The notes beneath the pieces are model-generated. The model worked only from the letters and a program-made list of their open reading frames with translations, made no database searches and had not been told where the DNA came from. Shown here piece after piece: positions 18,077-29,934 of a stretch of 64,000 bases of DNA. The first letter of the stretch is position 1. Every line of letters begins with the position of its first letter. The DNA is from Candidatus Nomurabacteria bacterium (lineage in GTDB: Bacteria > Patescibacteriota > Patescibacteriia > UBA1558 > GWA2-36-10). The DNA lies in the NCBI GenBank assembly GCA_020632415.1, contig JACKFO010000002.1, positions 450,732 through 514,731 of the forward strand, given 5' to 3'. A program made the position numbers and the translations under genes.

Positions 18077-18153
18077 TGGCGGGATGGAAGGGACTCGAAC
18101 CCTCGACCTCCTGCGTGACAGGCAGGCGTTCTAACCAGCTGAACTACCACCCC
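18077..18153 (-). tRNA. tRNA-Asp (anticodon GUC)
   Basis: The reverse complement reads GGGGTGGTAGTTCAGCTGGTTAGAACGCCTGCCTGTCACGCAGGAGGTCGAGGGTTCGAGTCCCTTCCATCCCGCCA. It has a cloverleaf with anticodon loop CUGUCAC, a GGTTCGAGTCC T-arm and an encoded CCA. Confidence 0.9.
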
Positions 18154-18203
18154 AGCAGGCAAATATAAGACTTAAGTTATTAAAATAACAGAACTACTAT
18201 ACA

Positions 18204-19007
18204 CTATTTATTTAATTTTGGCAAGACTCTAGACTTCTTTAAAAATAAATAAAAAATAGCTACCAAAAATAAGACTAAACTAATTAGCTGCGGAAAACGC
18301 AAACCAAAAACTATTGGTGCTGGATCAATTCTTAAAAATTCCAAAGAAAAACGGATTAAACCGTAGCCAGCTAAATAAGCCCAGGTAATTACCGATCTTT
18401 GAGGTTTTTTCTTAATCAAATAAACTAAAACAAAGAACAAAAATAAATCTAAAATGGATTCATAAAAAAATGTTGGCTGAAAATGGGTAAAATTTTTAAA
18501 CCCCTCTACTCTGTTTACAGTAGCAATTGGGATGGCATACCAAGCGTCACTTGGTTTTCCAAATAATTCTTGATTAAAATAATTTCCCCAACGTCCCAAA
18601 AACTGTCCCAGAGACAAAGCTGGCGCTAACCAATCTGAAATCTGCCAAAAACTCATGTTGTTTTTCTTGGTCCAAAAGTAAACAGTCAAAACTCCGGCTA
18701 AAAGTGCTCCCTGAATCGCCAAACCTCCGTGCCAAACTTGAAATATCTCTAATAAATTATGCGAGAAATAAGTCCAAGAAAAAAAGAACACATGATACAA
18801 ACGAGCACCGAGTAAACCAAAAATTAATAAATAAAAAAATAACTCATCTAATTTATTTTGAGAAATTTGTGGTTTATTTTTTGCTTTTTTTAAAGCATAA
18901 AAAGCTGCCAACAAAATAGCTAAGACCATCAACAAACCATACCAACGAATGCTAACTGGCCCCCAAGAAAACAAAGTCGCTTGAGCTAAAAAATCTTGCC
19001 AAAACAT
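18204..19007 (-). CDS. lgt: Prolipoprotein diacylglyceryl transferase
   Basis: Polytopic membrane protein with the Lgt signature region (VWHGGLAIQGALLAGV, GARLYHVFF). Confidence 0.8.
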   Translation of the reverse strand: MFWQDFLAQATLFSWGPVSIRWYGLLMVLAILLAAFYALKKAKNKPQISQNKLDELFFYLLIFGLLGARLYHVFFFSWTYFSHNLLEIFQVWHGGLAIQGALLAGVLTVYFWTKKNNMSFWQISDWLAPALSLGQFLGRWGNYFNQELFGKPSDAWYAIPIATVNRVEGFKNFTHFQPTFFYESILDLFLFFVLVYLIKKKPQRSVITWAYLAGYGLIRFSLEFLRIDPAPIVFGLRFPQLISLVLFLVAIFYLFLKKSRVLPKLNK

Positions 19008-19012
19008 AAGCC

Positions 19013-19780
19013 TTATTGTTGCTTAATAATAAAGCCAATGATTTGCTCCCAAAGATCATAAGGAATCTCTCCGGGAACCATCTGACCATTAATAATATAA
19101 GTTGGAGTTCCTTGCGCTCCTAAATTAACGCCCTGAGCATAATCTTCTCTAATTTCTTGATTATGTTCTTCATTATCTAAACAAGCATTAAATGTATTGG
19201 TATCTAATCCGAGATTTTTAGCGTATTCTTTTAAGCTAGCCTTGGAAAAATCTCCTTGATTAGCAAACAATAGATCGTGATATTCCCAAAACTTATTTTG
19301 ATCTTGAGCGCAACCAGCTGCTAAATGAGCATCAAAAACATCGGTGTGCAAACCTTCGGTTGGAAAATCTTTAAAAACAAAACGAATAATGCTACTAAAT
19401 TTAGCTTCTAACTTTTTTAAATCCGCTTGATTACTTTGACAATACGGACAACCAAAAGATTCGTAAGCTACTATATAAACCAAAGGATCTTCAACTCCCC
19501 AAAAAGGATCATCTTCAGTCAATACTTGACTAACTTCTTTTTGATTTTCTTGATATTGTTCATAGCTAATCCAATTTGCCAATTCTGGATTAAAAATATC
19601 ACCGCGACTAATATGTAAAAAACTACTAGCAAAAATCCAAGAAAAATATAAAATAATCAAAACTACTAAAGCCAAAAAAACTAAAAATATTTTTCCACTA
19701 AGCCTTTTATACCATGGCTTAAAATAACTTTTAGCAACTGCGTTGCTGACTCTTTCTTTTATTTTTTGTTCTGTGCTCAT
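19013..19780 (-). CDS. Membrane-anchored DsbA-like thiol:disulfide oxidoreductase (thioredoxin fold)
   Basis: N-terminal TM segment, then a CPYC active site within a thioredoxin-like domain. Confidence 0.7.
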   Translation of the reverse strand: MSTEQKIKERVSNAVAKSYFKPWYKRLSGKIFLVFLALVVLIILYFSWIFASSFLHISRGDIFNPELANWISYEQYQENQKEVSQVLTEDDPFWGVEDPLVYIVAYESFGCPYCQSNQADLKKLEAKFSSIIRFVFKDFPTEGLHTDVFDAHLAAGCAQDQNKFWEYHDLLFANQGDFSKASLKEYAKNLGLDTNTFNACLDNEEHNQEIREDYAQGVNLGAQGTPTYIINGQMVPGEIPYDLWEQIIGFIIKQQ

Positions 19781-19793
19781 GATATTTAATTTG

Positions 19794-21227
19794 TTATTGA
19801 TTATTTTCTAAAAAATAGCCTAAACTTAATATTTTTTCTTCTTCAAAACTATTTGCTAAAAGCTGTAAACCAATCGGTAAATTATTTTTTGTTTTGGCAA
19901 TTGGTAGACTCAAACCACAAATGCCAGCTACGTTTGCTCCAACAGTAAAAATATCTGCTAAATACATTTGCAAAGGATCGTCAAGTTTTTCGCCTAGCTT
20001 AAAAGCTGGCGTTGGTGTAACTGGTGTTAACAAAACATCGACGTCTGCAAAAACTTTTTTAAAATCTTCTTTAATTAAAGTTCTGACTTTTTGAGCCTGT
20101 TTATAATAAGCATCATAATAACCAGCAGACAAAATATAAGTGCCAAGCATAATCCGACGTTTTACTTCGGCTGAAAAACCACCTGAACGGACTGTTTTGT
20201 ACCAATCGTCCAAGGCTAAATTTTCTTGATCAGCAAGACCATAAAGTAAACCGTCGAAACGAGCTAAATTAGAGCTCACTTCTGCTGGCATCAAAAGATA
20301 ATAAACAGCTAGAGCATATTTGGCGCTAGGCAAACTTACTTCTTTGATCTGAAAGTCATTGTTTTCTAAAAACTTTATTTTTTCCTCAATCGCTTTTTTA
20401 ATTTCTGGATCTATCTGATCAGAAAAATATTCTTTTGGTACACCAATTACCAGCTGACGAGGATCACTTTCTTTGATCAACTTTGGATAGTTTGGCACAG
20501 CTTTGTGACTGCTGGTAGCGTCTTTTTTATCAACCCCAGCCATTGCTTTTAATAAATAAGCTACATCTTCTACACTCTTAGCCATCGGGCCGATCTGATC
20601 TAGTGAAGAAGCCATGGCAATCGAGCCAAAACGAGAAATTCGACCATAACTAGGCTTTAAGCCAACAATGCCACAAAAAGCCGCTGGCTGACGAATAGAG
20701 CCTCCTGTATCGCTTCCCAAAGCAGCTGGGGCAAGACTTGCTGCCACTGCTACTGCCGAGCCACCAGAAGAACCACCAGAAACACGAGTTTGATCATGAG
20801 GATTTAGAACTGGTCCAAAGGCAGAATGCTCATTAGAAGCGCCCATGGCAAATTCATCGCAATTTGTTTTGCCAATAACCAACATCCCCTCTTTTTCCAA
20901 ACGCTCAACTACTGTTGCGGTATAAGGAGCAATATAATTTTTGAGCATCTGCGAAGCAGCGGTTGCTTTCAAATCTTTGACTAAAATAATATCTTTAACG
21001 GCCAAAGGTATGCCGTACAAAACATTATTTTTGGCCTCACCAATATTCTGATCAAGCTCTTCTGCCATTTTTAAAGCTTGCTTATTTACAGAAATAAAAG
21101 CATTTAAATTACTATGGTCAATCGCCTGCAAGTAACTCTCTGTAATCTCTTTAACTGAAAATTGCTTATTCTGCAGAGCGCGATTAATTTCGACAATATT
21201 TAATTTAGTCAATTCTTCTCTAAGCAT
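19794..21227 (-). CDS. gatA: Glu-tRNA(Gln) amidotransferase subunit A (start placed at MLREEL, 4 nt after the gatC stop)
   Basis: Amidase signature GGSSGGSAVAVAA, Ser-cisSer-Lys triad context, about 480 aa. Confidence 0.85.
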   Translation of the reverse strand: MLREELTKLNIVEINRALQNKQFSVKEITESYLQAIDHSNLNAFISVNKQALKMAEELDQNIGEAKNNVLYGIPLAVKDIILVKDLKATAASQMLKNYIAPYTATVVERLEKEGMLVIGKTNCDEFAMGASNEHSAFGPVLNPHDQTRVSGGSSGGSAVAVAASLAPAALGSDTGGSIRQPAAFCGIVGLKPSYGRISRFGSIAMASSLDQIGPMAKSVEDVAYLLKAMAGVDKKDATSSHKAVPNYPKLIKESDPRQLVIGVPKEYFSDQIDPEIKKAIEEKIKFLENNDFQIKEVSLPSAKYALAVYYLLMPAEVSSNLARFDGLLYGLADQENLALDDWYKTVRSGGFSAEVKRRIMLGTYILSAGYYDAYYKQAQKVRTLIKEDFKKVFADVDVLLTPVTPTPAFKLGEKLDDPLQMYLADIFTVGANVAGICGLSLPIAKTKNNLPIGLQLLANSFEEEKILSLGYFLENNQ

Positions 21228-21231
21228 TTTT

Positions 21232-21516
21232 TTATTTCTTGTTAAAAACCCCCGGACTGACCAAATAATCATCAGTCAACTGATAAGCCTGCCTGATGCT
21301 TTTTGGATCAGAATCTTCGACTTGATCTGTTCTCAAAACATGTTCTATCTCTTCTGCGCCGGAAATGCTCTCTGGTACTTGTTCTAAATTTAAATCTTTA
21401 ATCTGATCTAAATACGCTAAAATATCAGATAATTGTCTTAAAAAACTATCTTTTTCTGCGCTAGATAAATCTAGTTTGGCAAGATTGGCGATTTTTTTAA
21501 TTTCTTCTGCTTGCAT
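21232..21516 (-). CDS. gatC: Glu-tRNA(Gln) amidotransferase subunit C
   Basis: 94 aa with the GatC-like MQAEEIKKIANLAKLDLSSAEKDSF N-terminus, immediately upstream of gatA. Confidence 0.75.
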   Translation of the reverse strand: MQAEEIKKIANLAKLDLSSAEKDSFLRQLSDILAYLDQIKDLNLEQVPESISGAEEIEHVLRTDQVEDSDPKSIRQAYQLTDDYLVSPGVFNKK

Positions 21517-21558
21517 ATTTGATATTTTAACAACAAATCAATAAAAAAGGAACCCGGA

Positions 21559-23559
<2,001 letters not shown>

Positions 23560-23585
23560 TTAATGATTTTCTAGCGTAATAAATC

Positions 23586-24440
23586 TTAAAAACCTTTTTC
23601 TAAGTCTTGCTCTGAAAAAATTATGTAATTAAAAACATTGGAAGTCGGCGCATAAACCGGTAAACCAGCTGTAATGTGATAAATTGATTGTCGATAATGG
23701 CCACTAACTTTTACAGTTGCATAACCCGGTAAATAATCATCTCCATCTTTAGTTGGTGTAAATTTTAAGTAAGAAACATCAGAGTCTAAAGGACGGAAAG
23801 TAAAATAATAAAATTTATTATTATCAAGATCAGCGCTAACATGAGTATCGCAAGTATCCACGCCATTACTACAACCACAGGTAGTAAAAGTCTGTTTGGT
23901 ATTTGATTTTAAAGTACTACCAGACTTATACAAAGAAGTATAACTGATTTCTAAGCGATCTGAAGCATGTCCGCCTTGATAACAATCATCTATTGTCCAA
24001 TCTAATTTATAATCAGTGGGTAAATTTGTCGCTGCCGAAGGAATATCTGCTCCCGGTAAAGAAATTTCAGTTCTCACTGGGCTACTAGTAGCAATGTCAA
24101 AACTTTCAAAATAACTAGCCGTTGTTGTGGACAAAGTATTTATAAAACCTCTTTCATCGTCAATGACCACCGAATAACCATCATCAAGTTGATCAAAATA
24201 ATTAGTAAAATCTCCACTAATTTTAGAATATTTCAAATAATACAAAGCCTCTTCCATACCACTTTCCGTGACATAAAAAGCAACTATAGCATTATCAGAG
24301 TTGCGAGTCATTTTTACCTCACCAATAATCACCCTGCTTAAGGCAATCACCGAAACTGTCATTACCAGCAAAATCATTAAAGACATAAGCAAAACAACTC
24401 CTTGCTGATCTTTTAATTTTTCTTTTTCAAAAAAATACAT
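23586..24440 (-). CDS. PilX-like minor pilin or pilus-associated protein (PilX_N-type N-terminus)
   Basis: N-terminus QGVVLLMSLMILLVMTVSVIALSRVIIGEVKMTRNSDNAIVAFYVTESGMEEAL parallels the PilX N-domain consensus (membrane helix + ...R.S..EE.MAGN...). Confidence 0.5.
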   Translation of the reverse strand: MYFFEKEKLKDQQGVVLLMSLMILLVMTVSVIALSRVIIGEVKMTRNSDNAIVAFYVTESGMEEALYYLKYSKISGDFTNYFDQLDDGYSVVIDDERGFINTLSTTTASYFESFDIATSSPVRTEISLPGADIPSAATNLPTDYKLDWTIDDCYQGGHASDRLEISYTSLYKSGSTLKSNTKQTFTTCGCSNGVDTCDTHVSADLDNNKFYYFTFRPLDSDVSYLKFTPTKDGDDYLPGYATVKVSGHYRQSIYHITAGLPVYAPTSNVFNYIIFSEQDLEKGF

Positions 24441-24442
24441 TG

Positions 24443-25078
24443 TTATCTTTTATAAACTCGTGGTGAAACTGAAGTTTGCAAATTATAAGTCACTTGTTCA
24501 AAACTACGAGTGGCGTTCGTGCTTAGCTGCATTTCAATCGTTACTAATGGGTTTTGATTTCCACCGCCATCTTCTAGTGGATCAACTCCTGGTGCTGCTG
24601 GACTAACTAAAAAAAGGATGCTATCAATTACGCCTTGGTTTTGATTAATGTCAAAAATTACCCCACCCTTTGTCCAAACGCCAGCTTCTTTCACGAGATA
24701 ATTAATAACTTCTGGATTTCCACCGCCATCTGTTTCAACAGCAAAAGCCACGATAGTTCCGTCACTTTTTTCTAAAATTAAACACTGAGTAGTTTGAACA
24801 ACGGTAATCTCAGCATCACAATTAGAATAATTATAATAAACCTTATTACCCCTCACTTCCCTAGCCATACTTTCCAAAGCATACTGCGCGTCATTTAATA
24901 ACTTTTGCGCCACTTGCGTTCTGTCTTGGCTGTTTGAAAAAGCTAAATAAATACCACCGACCACTACCGACAACAATGAAAAAATAGCAACGGCGATCAA
25001 AACCTCCACCAAAGTCAAACCTGAGCTTTGATTTTTTAGTTTAAGTAATATTTTATTTTTAATCAATCTAGTTAACAT
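24443..25078 (-). CDS. Minor type IV pilin, PilW-like (class III signal, G|LTLVEVL)
   Basis: SGLTLVEVLIAVAIFSLL prepilin-type N-terminal helix with Glu at +5. Confidence 0.55.
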   Translation of the reverse strand: MLTRLIKNKILLKLKNQSSGLTLVEVLIAVAIFSLLSVVVGGIYLAFSNSQDRTQVAQKLLNDAQYALESMAREVRGNKVYYNYSNCDAEITVVQTTQCLILEKSDGTIVAFAVETDGGGNPEVINYLVKEAGVWTKGGVIFDINQNQGVIDSILFLVSPAAPGVDPLEDGGGNQNPLVTIEMQLSTNATRSFEQVTYNLQTSVSPRVYKR

Positions 25079-25691
25079 ACTCTCGCCAGTTATATAAATT
25101 TTCAATAACCTCTGTCAGGTGTCCTCTGCCTCTATCTTGCCAATAAACTTGAGAGCTAACTCTTAAACCAATCTTTTCTTCATAGTCTCCGCTACAAGTC
25201 AAAGAGCTAGAAATAAATGTCGCGCCTTGATCGTAAGAAGTAGCTACACTCTGATCAGCATCAAAACAAATTGCTTTCAAGACAATCATTCTGGCCAAAT
25301 CAAGTTCAATATCACCAGCAGCAGAATACACGGTTGGTTGACAAAGCTCATCGTCAAAACAATCCTCAATCGACATAGAACCAAAAAGTTGATTCAAGGA
25401 CGTATCATCATAATTAATAGTCGAGGTTCCATAACTCAAACCCTGGTCCCAAGTACAAGGTCCTGCGCCACAATCAATATTATTATCAATCTTTAGCCAA
25501 TTACTATCACGAATATTACGCACCAGCTCTACTCCTTCACGCGCTAAATTCGCCGCTAAAACACGATTGTAATTATCTCTAGCTGTATTTAAATTAGCCA
25601 AAGACAAAGTAAAAGCTCCCATAATTCCTATCGAAACCACAGCTAAAGCCAGAATCATCTCTAATAATGTAAATCCTTGATTATTTTTCAT
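25068..25691 (-). CDS. Minor type IV pilin, PilV-like
   Basis: MKNNQGFTLLEMILALAVVSIGIMGAF prepilin N-terminus. The helix+IGxxG pattern is typical of PilV. Confidence 0.6.
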   Translation of the reverse strand: MKNNQGFTLLEMILALAVVSIGIMGAFTLSLANLNTARDNYNRVLAANLAREGVELVRNIRDSNWLKIDNNIDCGAGPCTWDQGLSYGTSTINYDDTSLNQLFGSMSIEDCFDDELCQPTVYSAAGDIELDLARMIVLKAICFDADQSVATSYDQGATFISSSLTCSGDYEEKIGLRVSSQVYWQDRGRGHLTEVIENLYNWREYVN

Positions 25692-26339
25692 CTAATTATA
25701 TTGCACTCTAATATTCCCCCAAACATAGCCATCATCAGAAAGGTCTAAAATGTCTACCTGACTGGTCTGAAGATTGGCAGTATTTTTTAATATTATCTCT
25801 AAACTTTCATCAGCCGAATAACTAGTGGTAGCTGTATGTTCACTAGTAAAATTATAATAAAAAATATTTGTCCCTTCTCCTAAATCTTTTGGGTACACTG
25901 TAATATCATCATCGTAAAGATATTTTTTAATTTCTGCATCAGGAACAAAGTCCGGAGACGACTCACAATAGTTATTGCAATAAGCTGGACAGGTAGCAAT
26001 TAGCCCTTCGCAACCATAATCTTGATAACCAGCATGACCATTGTCAGCATAAATAGTATAAGAGCTCGGACTACTAGCATCATCAAAAAAAATACCATAA
26101 CCACCAATTGGAAAAGAATTGTTCTCATTGATTACTCGAGAGATTGTCAAATTCCTTAACTGCTTCAAATCAGCTGCGGTTTGTTCAGTTGCTTGATGTA
26201 ATTTTTCGGCATCGCTCAACCTGACTTGCACCACAAAAATACTAGTCATAATACCAATAATCGCAACAGCTACTAATAGCTCAATCAAAGTTGTGCCTAA
26301 ATGATTTCTTCTAAAGTCTACCATTTCCAAAAACTCCAA
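25692..26339 (-). CDS. Minor type IV pilin, FimT/FimU/GspH-like
   Basis: LGTTLIELLVAVAIIGIMTSIFVV prepilin-type N-terminus. First gene of the four-gene minor-pilin set. Confidence 0.5.
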   Translation of the reverse strand: MEFLEMVDFRRNHLGTTLIELLVAVAIIGIMTSIFVVQVRLSDAEKLHQATEQTAADLKQLRNLTISRVINENNSFPIGGYGIFFDDASSPSSYTIYADNGHAGYQDYGCEGLIATCPAYCNNYCESSPDFVPDAEIKKYLYDDDITVYPKDLGEGTNIFYYNFTSEHTATTSYSADESLEIILKNTANLQTSQVDILDLSDDGYVWGNIRVQYN

Positions 26340-27109
26340 TAAAAATTGATTAAAGTCTCTCCATAAAGCAAGACAATAAAAGTCGCTAAAGTCAAAAAAG
26401 TGCCAAAAGGCAATTTATCTCCCCAGTGTTTTTTCTTAAAAATTAACAAGCCAGAAGCAAACAGTCCGCCTAAAACATAAGCTAAAAATAAAGCAGTCAA
26501 CACCTGTGGCCAACCTAAAATCATGCCCATCAACAAACCAATGCGAACATCTCCTCCGCCAATCCATTTTCCATTTGACAAAACAAACTGTAACAAGAAA
26601 AATCCTCCACCAACTGCGGCAGCTAATAATAAATTTAACCAACTAAAACCAAAAAATAAATTTACCACAAAAGCAAAAGCAATGGCCGGTAAACTGACTT
26701 TATCTAAAATTAAATAATATTTTAAATCATAAACAAAAATTAACAACAAGAAAGCGAAGATAATCCACCAAAAAATTAAATGCGCAAAAATGCTTAGATT
26801 AGCCAGCTGAAAAATGGCAAGCTCATTGGTCTGAAAAATTTTCCAAAAGATCAAGACAAAGCCAATGGCTGTGGCTAGTTCTACCAAAAAATATTGCCAA
26901 GAAATTTTTGTCTTACAATAACGACATTTTCCTTTTAAAAAAACAAAACTAAACAACGGCACTAAATCTTGCGGAAAAAGACGATGTCCACAAAAAAGAC
27001 ATTTAGAAAATCCTTTAACAAAAGATTCAGCCCGATGAAGACGATAGATTACGACATTTAAAAAACTACCGACAAATAAGCCTAAAATAAAGACAAAAGC
27101 TACTAACAT
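26318..27109 (-). CDS. pilD: Prepilin leader peptidase / N-methyltransferase (A24 family)
   Basis: N-terminal tetracysteine motif (CLFCGH...CRYCKTKISWQY), eight TM segments, and GGGDVRIGLLMG containing the catalytic Asp. Confidence 0.85.
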   Translation of the reverse strand: MLVAFVFILGLFVGSFLNVVIYRLHRAESFVKGFSKCLFCGHRLFPQDLVPLFSFVFLKGKCRYCKTKISWQYFLVELATAIGFVLIFWKIFQTNELAIFQLANLSIFAHLIFWWIIFAFLLLIFVYDLKYYLILDKVSLPAIAFAFVVNLFFGFSWLNLLLAAAVGGGFFLLQFVLSNGKWIGGGDVRIGLLMGMILGWPQVLTALFLAYVLGGLFASGLLIFKKKHWGDKLPFGTFLTLATFIVLLYGETLINFYWSFWKW

Positions 27110-27157
27110 AGTAGCTTTATTATAACATTTTTAATAACAAAAGAAAAATAATCACAT

Positions 27158-27586
27158 CTAAACGCAACCGTCGATATTACAACTTATAATTTCCGAACCA
27201 TTAGTAGCCATTAAGGTCCAAGTATTTGTCTGAGGATTACTGGGATCACATTCTAAATAGCTAAAACCATTTTGCGCAATATTCGGCCAAGTGGTTACGC
27301 TACCATTACAAATAGCATGCCCAGACCATGGTATGTAATTATCATTACAATAACAAATACCTCCAGGACAAGCTCCAGTAAATCTAGCTGTCAACTCTTG
27401 ATCATCGTCATAGCACAAAAGAATCGCCGAAGATAAAGATGCTAAACTGTATTTAACAGCTGCTGTTTTAGCATTGTTTCTAGCTGAACTTAAATTAACT
27501 ACCGCCACTGACGATAAAATACCAATAATCGCAATTACGACTAACAACTCAACTAAAGTAAAACCTAAATTATTTATTTTTTTCAT
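27158..27586 (-). CDS. Type IV major pilin paralog 1
   Basis: MKKINNLG|FTLVELLVVIAIIGILSSVAVVNL class III signal, then a Cys-containing C-terminal globular region. Confidence 0.8.
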   Translation of the reverse strand: MKKINNLGFTLVELLVVIAIIGILSSVAVVNLSSARNNAKTAAVKYSLASLSSAILLCYDDDQELTARFTGACPGGICYCNDNYIPWSGHAICNGSVTTWPNIAQNGFSYLECDPSNPQTNTWTLMATNGSEIISCNIDGCV

Positions 27587-27598
27587 CGTAAATAATTA

Positions 27599-28039
27599 TT
27601 AAGACTGACAGCTCAGGGCTAAATTACTAAGCATGCGACATTCTCCTCCTCGCCAAGAATCCAGGCCCCACAATCCCCACTTATTTTTTAAATTAAACTT
27701 CAAAGTATAATGATTACCAGAACTCAAAAAACTGACTGGTCTTTTGAAATTTTCAACTTTCTGATAATAAGTCACCTCTCCTTTTTGGTTTAAGCCATTT
27801 TCTGTTAAAAAAGAAATAGTTTCTAAGTTTATTTCTTTGCTCTCTGGATAAATTTGAAATTTATCATAATATTTTTCCAAAGCTGTTGCAAAAACTTTGA
27901 CTTGTTCTACCAACTCTAAATCTTTAACTCGACTACGATCAAAAACTAATAAAGTGATTGTCGAAAAAACTAACAATAACAATATTGCCAATAAAATAAC
28001 TTTTACTTTTTTACTATAATTAAATAAGCTCATATTCAT
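27599..28039 (-). CDS. Bitopic membrane protein of unknown function, encoded between pilin paralogs
   Basis: N-terminal hydrophobic helix (ILLAILLLLVFSTITLLVF). No prepilin motif. Confidence 0.35.
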   Translation of the reverse strand: MNMSLFNYSKKVKVILLAILLLLVFSTITLLVFDRSRVKDLELVEQVKVFATALEKYYDKFQIYPESKEINLETISFLTENGLNQKGEVTYYQKVENFKRPVSFLSSGNHYTLKFNLKNKWGLWGLDSWRGGECRMLSNLALSCQS

Positions 28040-28053
28040 ATTATAGCAAAATT

Positions 28054-28083
28054 AAAAAACACCAGCTAGTGCTGGCGTTTTTA
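28054..28083 (-). terminator. Rho-independent terminator downstream of pilin paralog 2
   Basis: On the minus strand: ACGCCAGC-ACTA-GCTGGTGT followed by TTTTTT. Confidence 0.6.
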
Positions 28084-28094
28084 GGATACTCAAC

Positions 28095-28535
28095 TTAAGA
28101 AGTTGTACAACCAATTTGATCACAAATAATATTATTTGTTCCGTCAGTAGCCGCGTACTCCCAAACACCAGATATGTAATCAGAATTGCAATCTCCGGTA
28201 AAAGCCCAACCGCTAACTATATTTTCCAAAATTGGCCACCTAACATCTACACCACTTGCCTCGCAGACTAATTGACCACTAACCGGCGCTCCGCTTAATC
28301 CATCGCAATAAGTCGGACCAGATTCTTCAACGAGAAGATTATAATCTTCGTTAAAACACAATGAAACCAATGGCCTAAAAGAAGCCATGGTCTGTTCAAT
28401 TGCTGCTATTTTAGCCTTATCACGCGCAGAGTTTAAATTAACTACGGCAACTGATGATAAAATACCAATAATCGCAATAACGACCAGCAACTCAACTAAA
28501 GTAAAACCATTTTTTGTTAAATTTTTAATCTTCAT
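28095..28535 (-). CDS. Type IV major pilin paralog 2
   Basis: MKIKNLTKNG|FTLVELLVVIAIIGILSSVAVVNLNSAR. The N-terminus is near-identical to paralogs 1 and 3 at both protein and DNA level. Confidence 0.8.
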   Translation of the reverse strand: MKIKNLTKNGFTLVELLVVIAIIGILSSVAVVNLNSARDKAKIAAIEQTMASFRPLVSLCFNEDYNLLVEESGPTYCDGLSGAPVSGQLVCEASGVDVRWPILENIVSGWAFTGDCNSDYISGVWEYAATDGTNNIICDQIGCTTS

Positions 28536-28590
28536 TCTAAAATTTTAATTCTTACAAAATTATTATAACACAAAACTCCAAATTAGTTAA

Positions 28591-29151
28591 CTATTTTTTG
28601 GCAAATACAAAATTGTTACAAGCAAATTGAAAATAACTCACCTTTGCTTTGCTTAAATCAAAATGCGCAATTTTTAACATTTCCTTCAATTCTTTGTTCC
28701 AAAAATATCTTTGATGATCTTCTATTTCTCGTCGGTCAACAATTTTTAATCTGTAAGACAAAAATTCTAAAATAGGTTTTGCTACCCACGATGGCGTAGT
28801 CAACAACAAAATTCCCCCTGGCTTAAGCACTCTATAAGCTTCATTTAATAACTCTTGTGGTTTTAAGACGTGCTCTAAAACCGCCAAACAAATCACCACA
28901 TCAACACTATTATCCTCTAAATTTACACGCTGATTTAAATTTGCTTGTTGCAAAATTATTTTTTCTGAAATCTTTCTATTAGATACTCGGCCATCGAAGC
29001 CAATTGCTCGCTGATAATAATTAGCTAAATCTTGCAAAACTCCCGCTTCTTCACCACAACCAAAATCAACTAATAGCTCTACTTTTTTTGGTAAATTTTT
29101 TGTGATTCTAGAAATCCTCAATTTCCTTAAAATTGGCTCTAAAATATACAT
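28591..29151 (-). CDS. Class I SAM-dependent methyltransferase
   Basis: Motif I LVDFGCGEEAG and post-I/II motifs (VVICLAVLEHV, VLKPGGILLL). Confidence 0.7.
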   Translation of the reverse strand: MYILEPILRKLRISRITKNLPKKVELLVDFGCGEEAGVLQDLANYYQRAIGFDGRVSNRKISEKIILQQANLNQRVNLEDNSVDVVICLAVLEHVLKPQELLNEAYRVLKPGGILLLTTPSWVAKPILEFLSYRLKIVDRREIEDHQRYFWNKELKEMLKIAHFDLSKAKVSYFQFACNNFVFAKK

Positions 29152-29849
29152 TATGAAAATAAATTAAAACGTATTATGTGCCAAAAAGCAGCTAGACCAT
29201 CTTTCCAATTAATTTTCTTACCATCTTTATATGTTCTGCCATAATAAGAAATCCCAACCTCATAAATAACAATCTCTTTTTTGGCTATTCTCGCTGTAAT
29301 TTCTGGCTCAAAACCAAATCGGGTAGATTTTAACTTGGGGATAATATCAGCAATAACTTCTTTTTTAAAAAGCTTATAGCAAGTCTCCATATCTGTCAGA
29401 TTAATGTTGGTCAACATATTAGAAAACAAGGTTAAAATCCGATTTCCTAAAGAATGCCAAAAAAATAAAACTCGATGTGGACCTTTACCTAAAAAACGCG
29501 AACCATAAACAACGTCGGCCCCGTGCCTTAAAACTGGTTCCAAAAGAACTTGATAATCATTTGGATCGTATTCTAAATCAGCATCTTGGATTAACAAAAA
29601 ATCTCCGCTAGCCAGCTCCAATCCTTTTCTAACTGCTGCGCCTTTACCTTGATTTTTTTCTTGAATAAAAATCCTATATTTATCTTTTAAATTTTCTAAA
29701 ATTTCTCGAGTACCGTCAGTTGAGGCGTCGTCAATAATTAAAATTTCTTTTTCAATATCATCCAAAAAAACTGCCTCTATTTTTTCTAATAATAGTGGCA
29801 AAGTCTTAGCCTCATTAAAAACTGGAATAACAATTGATAATTTTTTCAT
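29151..29849 (-). CDS. Family 2 glycosyltransferase (dolichyl/polyprenyl-phosphate hexosyltransferase-like). Start placed at MKKLS; the longer track ORF runs into the upstream terminator.
   Basis: LSIVIPVFNE, IIDDASTDGT and the DADLEYDP DxD motif. Confidence 0.75.
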   Translation of the reverse strand: MKKLSIVIPVFNEAKTLPLLLEKIEAVFLDDIEKEILIIDDASTDGTREILENLKDKYRIFIQEKNQGKGAAVRKGLELASGDFLLIQDADLEYDPNDYQVLLEPVLRHGADVVYGSRFLGKGPHRVLFFWHSLGNRILTLFSNMLTNINLTDMETCYKLFKKEVIADIIPKLKSTRFGFEPEITARIAKKEIVIYEVGISYYGRTYKDGKKINWKDGLAAFWHIIRFNLFS

Positions 29850-29883
29850 CTCATAAATCATAGCAAAAAAGCAAATTTTAGAC

Positions 29884-29913
29884 AACAAAAAATCTCCCCA
29901 AATTGAGGAGATT
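29884..29913 (-). terminator. Rho-independent terminator downstream of pilin paralog 3
   Basis: On the minus strand: AAATCTCC-TCAATTTG-GGGAGATTT followed by TTTTTTG. Confidence 0.6.
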
Positions 29914-29934
29914 TTGTTTACATTATTTCTAAAA

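Noticed and set aside
17641-18162. Long form of the VanZ-like ORF starting at 18162
   Set aside because: The first 48 codons (MPAGVVVQLVRTPACHAGGRGFESLPS...) are just the reading of tRNA-Asp in one frame. The true start is the internal Met at 18018.
4116-21516. Split gatCAB (gatB 15 kb away from gatCA) as an anomaly
   Set aside because: Separate gatB and gatCA loci are common in bacteria. This is not unusual enough to flag.
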